Positions 27,967 to 37,249 of a DNA stretch of 64,000 nucleotides are shown piece by piece. Source of the DNA: a virus. The number at the start of each line of letters is the position of its first letter. Within the stretch, counting starts at the first letter, position 1. The stretch lies in IMG/VR virus record IMGVR_UViG_3300042691_044733, positions 1 through 64,000 of that record. The stretch is one strand, 5' to 3'. Made by a program: the position numbers and the translations under genes. A model generated the notes under the pieces. That model worked only from the letters and a program-made list of their open reading frames with translations, had not been told where the DNA came from and made no database searches.

Positions 27967-30030
27967 ATGACTAAAAATGAAATTTTGTTAAGAAAAAGGT
28001 TAGTCAATTTTGACAATGCTTGGCAAAACAATTTAGCTGAAACAATGTCTTTGCAAAGAGAGCTTATGACATATGGTTATATGTTATCTCAAGAAGCATT
28101 TGACATGATAAAACATGCTGACATTGCTGATATTATATCTTTTCATAAAGATGTAGTAAAATTACTTAAAGAGTTTAATGGTGGAAAATACAAATCTCTT
28201 TATGGTGATTTTCCAAATGATGTGATGAACATGAGTGATTGTGAATATTATTACAATCAAATAATGCATTACTGGGGTAAGAAAACTTTTAATATTCCAA
28301 AAACAAACAGAGAAAAATCAGATCCTTGTTTTAATAAAGAATCTTATCATGAAATTAAACCTTGCACAAAAGATGAATTTCTTAATATCTTTACAGAACT
28401 TGTAAGTGTTAATAATTCTCTTACTCCTGCTGATCAAGAAATCATTAAATTCTTTGTTAAAAACAAATATGAATTACGTTTTCCGTCTACTATTCCTTTT
28501 AAGGAGAATCTTGCTGTACTTGTTTCACTTTGTCCAACTTTTACCGTAAAAACAGTAACTGATGTACTTAGAGTAGCATGTGTGTTTTCTGGTATTACTG
28601 GTGGTGCAGAATTACATCCTGTTCCAAAAGTAGAAAGATATAGAAATTTAGGGCAGTATAAGTTTAAACTCACAACTGCACAAAAAGAAAGAATTCTTGA
28701 ATTACTTGAAAATTCAAATCTTGATGTAAGAGAAATGAAACAAGGTTCAAAGTATCAAAGATGGATAAGATTATTTGAAGTTCTTCATATCGAATATTAC
28801 AAAAAAGAATATCCAAAATCTTTTGATGCTTCTGATAGATTGAGAAATCAGAAAAGAAAAGGAAAACCAGACGGTAAACCTCTAATAAGAACTTGGTATT
28901 CAGATGTTGAAAGATTGTTTAAGACTGATTTCAATTCAGGACTTGTCAAGTTATCAGAACGACCTGGAGAATTTGTAAGAAGAATTGATTATTTAGTGAG
29001 AACTCATCCAAAGAATATAAATGACATTTTCAATGCTTTAGCATCTAAAGGAGAATTGGTATCAACCAAGGTACTTTTTGAGGTTCTTACTCATTTTACA
29101 AAAAGAAATCAGGATGTTCCTAGATCAGTATTTGTAAAGAATTCAAGAAAGAAATTTGAACTTCCTACATTGAAAGCTTTAAAAACTGATACTATCAATA
29201 CTGTAAAGGAAACTATTTATTCTCTTTTAGAAACTAAATTTTCTAAGTTGGATCCAATAGGTCCTTGTTATGTTGATGAAGAGCTTAAGAAGATTCCACT
29301 TCCTGAGAACATGAGAACCATGTCTGATTCTTTGATTCCTATTATCAGAGGTCAGAAAACAAAACTTAATATTGACAAATCAACATTAAGAGCATTTGTT
29401 CACTGGAATGATTTAAACGGAAATGAAGATATTGATTTACATGGTTATGCGTTAGGAACTTCTGGTGTTTCACATTGTGGTTTTAATGGAGTAAGACTTA
29501 CTAAAGTATTTACTTATTCTGGTGATGTAAGATTCAGAAGAGGTCGTTGTGCAGAGTATATTGATATAAACATTGAAGAAGCTTTAAAAGCAGGTGTTGA
29601 AAAAGTACTGTTAATTACTCATAATTTTACAAGAAGACCTTTTTCAACTCTTAAAGACTGTAAAACTGGTTATATTGATTTGGATAAACGAAAAAAATCT
29701 TCAACTTGGTTACCAGATTCTGTAAGACAATCTGTGAAATTGTCTGGAGCAGCTTCTTATTGTTTAATTGGTGTTTATGATTTGAAAAACATGGAATATG
29801 TCCATTGTGATTTAGATCTTGATTCTAACGATCTTATGAAAATAAGTGCTGGAAATATCAATTTCATAAAAACTATGATTGGAGATCCTCCAATTTCGGT
29901 TTATGATCTTGTCCGACTTCACGTTATAGCTAGAGGAACTCTTGTTTCTAAAGATGTAGCTGAAAATTACTTCACTTATGATGACTTTAGTAAATCTTAT
30001 GAAAAAGTTTTATTACTTTTGAAAGATTAA
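27967..30030 (+). CDS. Large helical protein with C-terminal TerD-like domain
   Basis: LYGDFPNDVM..YYNQIMHYW, PFKENL, TDVLR, RPGEFVRRID; C-terminal FVHW..EDIDLH..YSGDV..AEYIDI TerD-like pattern. Confidence 0.7.
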   Translation: MTKNEILLRKRLVNFDNAWQNNLAETMSLQRELMTYGYMLSQEAFDMIKHADIADIISFHKDVVKLLKEFNGGKYKSLYGDFPNDVMNMSDCEYYYNQIMHYWGKKTFNIPKTNREKSDPCFNKESYHEIKPCTKDEFLNIFTELVSVNNSLTPADQEIIKFFVKNKYELRFPSTIPFKENLAVLVSLCPTFTVKTVTDVLRVACVFSGITGGAELHPVPKVERYRNLGQYKFKLTTAQKERILELLENSNLDVREMKQGSKYQRWIRLFEVLHIEYYKKEYPKSFDASDRLRNQKRKGKPDGKPLIRTWYSDVERLFKTDFNSGLVKLSERPGEFVRRIDYLVRTHPKNINDIFNALASKGELVSTKVLFEVLTHFTKRNQDVPRSVFVKNSRKKFELPTLKALKTDTINTVKETIYSLLETKFSKLDPIGPCYVDEELKKIPLPENMRTMSDSLIPIIRGQKTKLNIDKSTLRAFVHWNDLNGNEDIDLHGYALGTSGVSHCGFNGVRLTKVFTYSGDVRFRRGRCAEYIDINIEEALKAGVEKVLLITHNFTRRPFSTLKDCKTGYIDLDKRKKSSTWLPDSVRQSVKLSGAASYCLIGVYDLKNMEYVHCDLDLDSNDLMKISAGNINFIKTMIGDPPISVYDLVRLHVIARGTLVSKDVAENYFTYDDFSKSYEKVLLLLKD

Positions 30031-30037
30031 ACGTTTT

Positions 30038-30613
30038 TATGTGCAACTTACTTCTACTTGAATTTTTAACTCAAACCTAGTTGCACAATTTATTTATAAT
30101 AACAGTACTATGTTAGACTTACTTCTACAATTCTTGAAAAATTCCGTATTAGTTTAACAATTATCTGTTATTTATTGGGGGATGGTGTAGTGGCAGCACG
30201 CATTATTCATTTACAATTATTTATTATGTTTTTGATACTTCTATGCCTCATTAGCATGAAGCTCAGGTTCGATTCCTGGTCCCCCAACTTTTATGGTTAA
30301 GTTACTTCTATGAAATTTGTAAATTCTATACTTAACCAATTTTTTTATTTATGTGCATCTTACTTCTAAAATTTATGGTAATTATTAGATGCACAATTTA
30401 CTTTTTTATGACTGTCTTACTTCTAATATTCTGCAAAAATAAATTAGTCAGTCAATTACAATTATACTATGATAGCAACAGAAACACACTGGTTGTCATA
30501 GGTTTAAAGATGAAGGAAAGTGTTTGATACCTTCATACCAGAGGAAGTAGCTCAGTTGGTAGAGCAATAATCTAATAATTTTATAATTATTTTTTATATA
30601 GAATTTACTTCTA
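30038..30613 (+). repeat. Array of 7 structured elements: left arm TATR-N6-WTACTTCTA, right arm TW-N6'-YAATT, with anticodon stem-loop or tRNA cargo
   Basis: Left arms at 30038, 30109, 30225, 30292, 30350, 30407 and 30595. Right arms at 30078, 30150, 30206, 30329, 30386, 30445 and 30576. N6 and N6' covary. Confidence 0.9.
30176..30287 (+). tRNA. tRNA-Met(CAT)-like gene with ~41-nt insert in the anticodon stem
   Basis: TGGGGGA/TCCCCCA acceptor, GTGT/GCAC D stem, TCAGG-TTCGATT-CCTGG T arm. Removing 30204-30244 gives CATGC-CTCATTA-GCATG. Confidence 0.8.
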
Positions 30614-30651
30614 AAAATTATATGTCGGGGGTTCGAGTCCCTCCTTCCTCT
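30541..30651 (+). tRNA. tRNA gene (Phe-like body; anticodon AAA or TAA) with ~38-nt insert in the anticodon loop
   Basis: GAGGAAG/CTTCCTC acceptor, TAGCTCAGTTGGTAGAGC, ATAAT/ATTAT anticodon stem, ATGTC variable loop, GGGGG-TTCGAGT-CCCTC T arm. Confidence 0.8.
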
Positions 30652-30657
30652 CTATTT

Positions 30658-30732
30658 AATTCTGTAGTTCAATGGATAGAATAAGGGTTTTCTAAACCTT
30701 TGATCCAAGTTCGACTCTTGGCAGAATTACCA
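30658..30732 (+). tRNA. tRNA-Arg(TCT)
   Basis: AATTCTG/CAGAATT acceptor; AGGGT-TTTCTAA-ACCTT anticodon arm; encoded CCA. Confidence 0.9.
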
Positions 30733-30787
30733 TACAATAACTTCTCTATTGTATTAACAAACAAATAACTTAAAAAAAAATAACATT

Positions 30788-31222
30788 ATGGCAATAGCAT
30801 TAGAAAAAGCAAAAGAATTGTACGATAAAGTACAAGCAAAAAAATCTGCTATAGAGAAAGCAGAAAAGGGTAAATTTGAAACTGATGGTATGTTTAGATA
30901 CAGTCACTCAGGTGCAGTAATGGACATTAAAACAGAAAAATCAAAGACCAAATTAGTTGAAGTGTATGCTTTTCTCCTTGAAAGAGAAGAAAAGTTAACT
31001 ACTGCTGCAAAAGAATTAGGTGTAGAAACAGAAAAAACATGGCTTGGTGCACCTATCAGTTCTTGGAAAGAAGATCTGAAAATTGCAGCAAACAGATTGA
31101 GTATTGCGAAACAAAAAGCAGAATTGAATAAAATGGAAGAAACTCTTAAAATGGTTTCTCCTGATTTACTTTCTACTTTGGAAATCGAAAACATTGAAAA
31201 AGCTCTTTCTGAGTCTAAATAA
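30788..31222 (+). CDS. Helical hypothetical protein, candidate partner of 27967..30030
   Basis: ORF track; lies directly after the array and before a terminator. Confidence 0.75.
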   Translation: MAIALEKAKELYDKVQAKKSAIEKAEKGKFETDGMFRYSHSGAVMDIKTEKSKTKLVEVYAFLLEREEKLTTAAKELGVETEKTWLGAPISSWKEDLKIAANRLSIAKQKAELNKMEETLKMVSPDLLSTLEIENIEKALSESK

Positions 31223-31226
31223 TATT

Positions 31227-31262
31227 AAAAGGTCTAGAGAGAAGCTAGACCTTTTATTTTTT
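31227..31262 (+). terminator. Rho-independent terminator
   Basis: AAAAGGTCTAG-N7-CTAGACCTTTT followed by Ts. Confidence 0.7.
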
Positions 31263-31285
31263 ATTAATTAAAATCCACAAAAAAA

Positions 31286-32427
31286 ATGCCTCTAAAATCA
31301 AAACGTGTCAGACAAGTTCCTACAAAAAGATTTTTTTCTAAGGATAATTTTATTTCAAAAATTTCAAAAATGGCAAAAAATGAAGAAATTACTTTTCCAG
31401 GCAATGCTTATGCAACTGTATTAAATGCACGTGCATTTATAGTTAAGAAAAGCAAACTAAAAAAGCATTTTCAAGCTTATTCAATCAACAGAACTCACAA
31501 AAATTTAAAAAGAATACTCTAATGTTCGGTCTTACAAACAGAAGTGTTAGTAGTTTGAGAAAAAAAGCAGATAATATTGTTTCTGTTTTTTCCAAAACTC
31601 TTAACGAAACAGCTAATTTAAACAAAGAAATTGAAATTTCAATCTCTGAAAAACAAGAAATGATTCAAGAAATTACAAAAGATGTCAATGAGCTTGAATC
31701 AATTAAAAATTCTAATAACAAACTCATTGAAAAATTGGAGAATTTTTTAGCATGAGTATTTTAGGATTATTTTTTTCAGCAGTTTTAATTCTTTGTCTTT
31801 ACGTGTATAATTACAGAAAACACTACTTAAGAAAATGAAAGTAAGTTATCTGCGTTATTTCTTAATAAACAAATATCATTATGCTCTTGCGGTTTACCTA
31901 GTAATATTTATTAGTAGTGCTATAGGAGGAATAACGTATCCACAGGTTCACTTTATTAGTGGATTTATGGTTATATGTATTACTCTTTTAATAGTTTTAT
32001 CTAGAAGAGCATATAATAAATATCTGAAAGCATGATTAATTTTTTATACTTTCAAATATTTGTAGTGATTTCAGCAATGGTGGAGGCATCTTTATTTCAA
32101 CAAATAAAGACTTACACTAAGATGAAAATAGATGAACATGTATATCTAACAGCTTTGAGAATATATGTTTATTGTATCTGTTTTCAACCACATTTTAAAC
32201 TAGCAATAGTTTATCTAATTCCTTCATTATTAATGTTTTCCTTTGTTCATAATAGTATTTATTATGAAACAAGAAAGTACTTAAGCAATGGAAAAGTGTA
32301 TCCCGAAGGATACAAAAGTACAAGTACTACCACAGATGCAAAAATCAGTTTTAATTTTAAAACCAGATCTTTGTTATTTATTGGAGGACTTATTTTAATC
32401 ACATTAATCAATTATTTTTACCAATAA
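31286..32427 (+). other. Four small hypothetical ORFs (31286-31522, 31522-31755, 31835-32035, 32032-32427; the last two are membrane proteins)
   Basis: ORF track. Confidence 0.6.
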
Positions 32428-32751
32428 TTTTTCATTTTTATTCAAATGCTACTGAAAGCAACAGAATTTCATTAGCAGCTCAACATCAGGATGGTGTTTT
32501 AAAAATTGCGTATGCAAGATGCAGTAAAAAAGATGCTTTTAACCGTAAAAACGGTAGAAAAATTGCAGAAGGAAGACTTTCTAAAGGAAAGTGCTTTAAA
32601 ACTATTGCAGTTGATTCTTTTACAGGTTCTGAATTTATTGAAATTGCAGAAAAAACCTGTAGAGAAATTAACCAATCTTACAGAAAAAAAAGTCTTAGTG
32701 GTTACAGGTAGTGTGAAAGTTGTTTAAACGTAAACAAAGTTCACCGTGAAA

Positions 32752-32786
32752 AATAATGGGGTATTGCTACCCCATTATTGTTTTTT
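32752..32786 (+). terminator. Terminator-like hairpin
   Basis: AATAATGGGGTA/TACCCCATTATT followed by Ts. Confidence 0.55.
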
Positions 32787-32802
32787 AAAAAAAATTAAAA
32801 CA

Positions 32803-33573
32803 ATGAAAGAAAATTTTAAAGAAGAAATAATGATAGCATTGACAAACTGCCCTGCTAATGAAGTATCACGTAAAGCATTTTTATGGGCAGCTTCTAATCT
32901 TCCTGATGAAGGTGGAGTTGGTTCTTTCTCTACTGGATTTAAAGATATTGATCATGAAAAAGATTCTGTTGAAAAAGCTTTTGGTTTAAATGATAAAGTT
33001 TCAGAAGAATTAAATAATTCTTTCAATAAACTTTGTAAAGAACTTCAAAAAAAGGAAGAAAAATTAAAAACTTCTCAAGTAATTGAGAAATTTCTTAACA
33101 TTCACCCTTTTGCATATAAATTGTTTTTGGTTAGAGGTGCAATGGAAGTTCTTAGTGAACTAAAAGAAGATTCTCATAACAACGAATTAAATGAAATTGA
33201 AGACGGTATCAAAAAAGCTTTAGAACAAGCTGGTATTGATATTAGTAATGTCAAAATTGAAAGAAAAGTTATTGAAACAGATACTCAAGAAGAATATGAA
33301 CTCATAAAACAAATGCTTATTGAGAAAAATGAATTGAGTCAAATGAAGAAAAAAATGGAAGGTCTTCGTGATTCTATCGCAGATGGAAAAATTTCTCAAG
33401 AGAAAAAAGAATTTACAAGAAAAGAAGCAGGTTTAGTTGTAGAAAAGCTTGAAAAAATGCTAAGTATTGCAAAGAAATTAAATGCAAGAAAAACTCCAGG
33501 GTTTTCTGACAACGATATTACTAGAATGGAATCAGATTTAAAAATATTAAAACTTATTTACGAAAATTTATGA
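32803..33573 (+). CDS. Hypothetical helical protein
   Basis: ORF track, likely start MKENF. Confidence 0.7.
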   Translation: MKENFKEEIMIALTNCPANEVSRKAFLWAASNLPDEGGVGSFSTGFKDIDHEKDSVEKAFGLNDKVSEELNNSFNKLCKELQKKEEKLKTSQVIEKFLNIHPFAYKLFLVRGAMEVLSELKEDSHNNELNEIEDGIKKALEQAGIDISNVKIERKVIETDTQEEYELIKQMLIEKNELSQMKKKMEGLRDSIADGKISQEKKEFTRKEAGLVVEKLEKMLSIAKKLNARKTPGFSDNDITRMESDLKILKLIYENL

Positions 33574-34433
33574 TACTAAGTGATGATAAAAAGATAGATC
33601 TTGAATATATCAAATATCTTTACAATAATCCTGCTAACTGTGTTTCCAGCATGTTAATATTTGGTGAACCTGGAGCGGGTAAGACAAGTTTTGCTAAGTA
33701 CGTTGCTAAAGAATTAAACACTCATTTTATATTTGGTCCATGTTATGATGGTATGGGTGCAGATAAAATGGTTTATGACTGGGATTTGGGTACTTTAGCT
33801 GATGCTATGACAACTGAAGGTGTAAGTGGTAGAGAAGCATTAAAAGATGGTTATTTAATGCAGGCTTTGAAAAAATCAAATGAACAAAAAGTTTTACTTC
33901 TTATTGATGAGATTGATAAAGCAAAACCATCTGTTGATACTTTTTTGTTAAGCTATTTACAAGAATGTATGCTGAATGATCCTATAGCGGGGGTAATTCA
34001 TGGTAAAAAAGAGAATCTTTTTATTATTTTCACAAGTAACAAAAGAAGAGATCTTGAAGATGCTTTGGATAGAAGGTTTACTATGATCAGAGAATTTACT
34101 TTTCCTGAAAAGAATGAACTCATTCAACAAGTTAAAATGATGATTAATATTCCTTATAATGAAACTAAATTTCATTTTCTCATTGACCTCTTTTTGACTT
34201 ATAGAAGTTTAAAAGTAAATAAGAAACCATCTCAAAATCAGATTGCTGACCTTATACATGAATTGTATAATATTGGTAATTTGAGAATTGGAAGAATAAC
34301 TTCAAACAGAGCAAAATTCAGAGCATTACTTTGGAAATTATCCCAAGAAGAATCTGATCACAAAGTGTTTGTAGCTCACTGTAAAAAAATATATAAAGAC
34401 GTTTTTGAAAGCTACATTGGAAGTATGATTTAA
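33570..34433 (+). CDS. MoxR-like AAA+ ATPase
   Basis: GEPGAGKT, LLIDEIDK, TSN and ALDRRF motifs. Confidence 0.9.
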   Translation: MILSDDKKIDLEYIKYLYNNPANCVSSMLIFGEPGAGKTSFAKYVAKELNTHFIFGPCYDGMGADKMVYDWDLGTLADAMTTEGVSGREALKDGYLMQALKKSNEQKVLLLIDEIDKAKPSVDTFLLSYLQECMLNDPIAGVIHGKKENLFIIFTSNKRRDLEDALDRRFTMIREFTFPEKNELIQQVKMMINIPYNETKFHFLIDLFLTYRSLKVNKKPSQNQIADLIHELYNIGNLRIGRITSNRAKFRALLWKLSQEESDHKVFVAHCKKIYKDVFESYIGSMI

Positions 34434-34441
34434 AAAAATTT

Positions 34442-35329
34442 ATGATTCATTTTAGACAAGATAAGCTTTTTGAAGATTACTTCGAGAAAAATAAATTTAT
34501 AGAACATACATACAAAGATAAGAAATTAACAATAAGTAAAGAAAATATAAACTCTATACCAAAAGAGTTTGTACAAAGTTTAGCAACAAGATTGGCAAAA
34601 AGTAATAGTAGCAGTTCTAAAATGGTTCCAGGCAAAGGAAATGGGGATAAAAAACCTGTACAATTTGATATGGCCCCTGATGGAAAAGATAGTGAAATCG
34701 GCAAAAACAAAGGTGGTAAAGTTAAAAGAGCTGAAGATAAAGTTGATAACACAATAGATAAGAAAGAATTTGTTAAAAAACAGGTTTTAAGACTTTCTAC
34801 AACAACTCATCTTTTTGAAGATAAGCTGGATTATCCTAAAGTATTCAAAGCTTTATTAACTGAACCACATAATGCTCTAGACTACAGAAGAAAAACAGAA
34901 GAAGATATTATTCAGTCTATCTTTGTAATTGATCCTGCAATAGGATATAATAATAATGATAAAGGATTTCATAAAACATTAATAACTGTCTGTAAAGAAA
35001 TTAAAGGTGTTGATGTTTTGGAGTTAACTTCTTTAACTGATTATTCTAGCGGAGAGTATTACTTAAACAAATTAGATCAAATAATGAAAAAAAATAAAGG
35101 TAATATTTATGTTTTTTCACAAGGTTGTGGGGGAAGTCCTCCAGATGTGCCATTTGATCTTAAAAAAGTTATTGGGACAAGAAAATTAACATTTTGCACA
35201 TGTTTTAAACATGGTGAAACTTGTGGATGTGATATTATACCTTCCCACGAACGTTTGCAAAAAGTTAATAAAAGCATGAAAATTTATTATAGCATTGATA
35301 GTTATAATAAACTTTCTTTATTAGAGTAG
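34442..35329 (+). CDS. Hypothetical protein, possible degenerate vWA partner of the MoxR ATPase
   Basis: Adjacent to the AAA gene; IFVID motif; no clear MIDAS. Confidence 0.6.
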   Translation: MIHFRQDKLFEDYFEKNKFIEHTYKDKKLTISKENINSIPKEFVQSLATRLAKSNSSSSKMVPGKGNGDKKPVQFDMAPDGKDSEIGKNKGGKVKRAEDKVDNTIDKKEFVKKQVLRLSTTTHLFEDKLDYPKVFKALLTEPHNALDYRRKTEEDIIQSIFVIDPAIGYNNNDKGFHKTLITVCKEIKGVDVLELTSLTDYSSGEYYLNKLDQIMKKNKGNIYVFSQGCGGSPPDVPFDLKKVIGTRKLTFCTCFKHGETCGCDIIPSHERLQKVNKSMKIYYSIDSYNKLSLLE

Positions 35330-36049
35330 AAAAAATGGTTTGGATCCTTTTTAAATCTAATTATTTAAATTCGTAAATGCTTACCACGCGAGTTTAAACA
35401 AAACATACACTAAGTTTAAAGATCTGATAAAGTATTCAATGTACGTTTACTTCGGGTAAACCTCTGGCAGTTGATTTATTGGTGAAATAAATTGATTACT
35501 ATCTAAAATAAGTTTTTGATGTTGGAATATACTGATAGAACTTAGAGAGTTATGGAAGCAACAATAAGATTTTGGTTTTTTTAAAGTTATTTGTGAAAAT
35601 ACTTTGGAAGAATATTGAGGAATTGTTGAATAAGTGAATTATTTAGTAAGAGTGTGAAGAAATTCAATTTTGTTTTTACAAGGTGATGAAAAGTCTCTTT
35701 ACGGATATTAAATAAGGATTTAAAAGTGACTAAAAACTATGCTCTGAAATGGGTATAGAAGTGGCAAGATTGCACCACAAATTACCTTTTTCGTATTATA
35801 GAAAGGTAAGATCTTAGTAAAGGTCCAAACTTAAAAGTGATTAAAAAGTATTGTGAGGAGGAAGTTCAGAAATGAATATTTCTCCTCACATATTTTTATT
35901 TAAAAAATCAATTATGTACCAAATTTGCGCATTAAAGGATGAAAAAATTTTATATGAGGGGGATGTTGATCAATGCTGGAAATTTGTACAAAGCAATAAA
36001 GATTTAAAATATTTTATTGTTAGAGAAGCTGCAATAAAAGAATCTAGAA

Positions 36050-36964
36050 TTACAAGATGATATTGTCAACTTTAGTTTTATTTTTTTCTGTAGTTACAAT
36101 GGCAAATCCATTAACCCAATTGTTAAACGGTAGATAGTTTGGTGACAAATCACATAAACAACCTACACTATAACAGTTTATACTTTTACCTGTAATATCT
36201 TTGAGTTTGTAAGAAGACTCTCTATGAAAATGTCCACATAAAACACTATGTTTTGTTTTATTGTAAATATTTTTTGCGGGGTTATCTCCACCAGACCCAG
36301 GATATTCATGTCCATGTAAGATAATTAAATCTTCAATTTTTACAGGAGTATATTTATTAATCTTAATAATATTGAATTTTTCAAAATCTAAAAGATTTTC
36401 AATCTTTAGTACATCCAAATCTTCAAGTTCTTTAGCTTTAGATTGAATGTATTTTTCTAATCTTATTTCATGATTTCCAAGTTTGAAATAGATAGGAATA
36501 TTTGGAAATAACTTTCTAAGATCTTTGAAAAACTTCTTTGTAATCTGTACTTCAGTATTCAAAGAAGGTTTATTTTTTTCTTTTACATGTACACTTAACT
36601 GATAAAAATCAAGTACATCACCATTTAGTAGTATTGCTGTTACTTTCTCATCTATACACTTTTGTATTGCTTTAGATAAAGCTTTTTTATTGTGATATGG
36701 AAAATGAATATCATTTAATATTGCTAATTTTGCTGTTTTGATTTCATAAATGCTGTTATCTTCTTTTTTACCATCTGGGATTGATAAGATTTTCTTTTCC
36801 TTACCTGGTAAATTTAAAAAAGATCTCAAATAAGATCTTGCGTGTTCAGTTCCTGTAAAGGTTTTAGGATTTTCTAAAAATAGTTTTCTTGATAAAGAAG
36901 CTAAAGATTCATTTGGATCTGCTGTTTTTAGAAATTTTTCAACTACATTGTAATTTTTATTCAT
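36050..36964 (-). CDS. Calcineurin-like metallophosphoesterase
   Basis: NDIHFPYH, NGDVLDF, GNHE, HGHE and GHFH motifs. Confidence 0.9.
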   Translation of the reverse strand: MNKNYNVVEKFLKTADPNESLASLSRKLFLENPKTFTGTEHARSYLRSFLNLPGKEKKILSIPDGKKEDNSIYEIKTAKLAILNDIHFPYHNKKALSKAIQKCIDEKVTAILLNGDVLDFYQLSVHVKEKNKPSLNTEVQITKKFFKDLRKLFPNIPIYFKLGNHEIRLEKYIQSKAKELEDLDVLKIENLLDFEKFNIIKINKYTPVKIEDLIILHGHEYPGSGGDNPAKNIYNKTKHSVLCGHFHRESSYKLKDITGKSINCYSVGCLCDLSPNYLPFNNWVNGFAIVTTEKNKTKVDNIIL

Positions 36965-37009
36965 TTTTTAAAAAATGTTTCTATATTTGTACAAATATAC
37001 AAAATTTTT

Positions 37010-37249
37010 ATGTTATACCAATTACCTACAGGAAAAGTTATAAATATTTCAATTGATGACTATTTAAAGCTTACTGAATTAGACATTCAACATCTTATTA
37101 GCATTGATGCAGGATTTTATTCAAATTCTCCTTTTTTAGGTTCATCACTTGATAATGATTTTGATGAAATTATTGAAGAAGACCCTGATTCAAATGAAGA
37201 CCTTGACTTAGACATTGATTACGAATTATTTAATCCTTATGACCCATGA
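37010..37249 (+). CDS. Small acidic hypothetical protein
   Basis: ORF track; TATATTTG -7 element at 36982-36989. Confidence 0.65.
   Translation: MLYQLPTGKVINISIDDYLKLTELDIQHLISIDAGFYSNSPFLGSSLDNDFDEIIEEDPDSNEDLDLDIDYELFNPYDP

Noticed and set aside
30038-30613. CRISPR array
   Set aside because: Only 9 nt are near-invariant, the flanks covary as stems, spacing is irregular, tRNA halves are interleaved, and no cas operon is present in the window.
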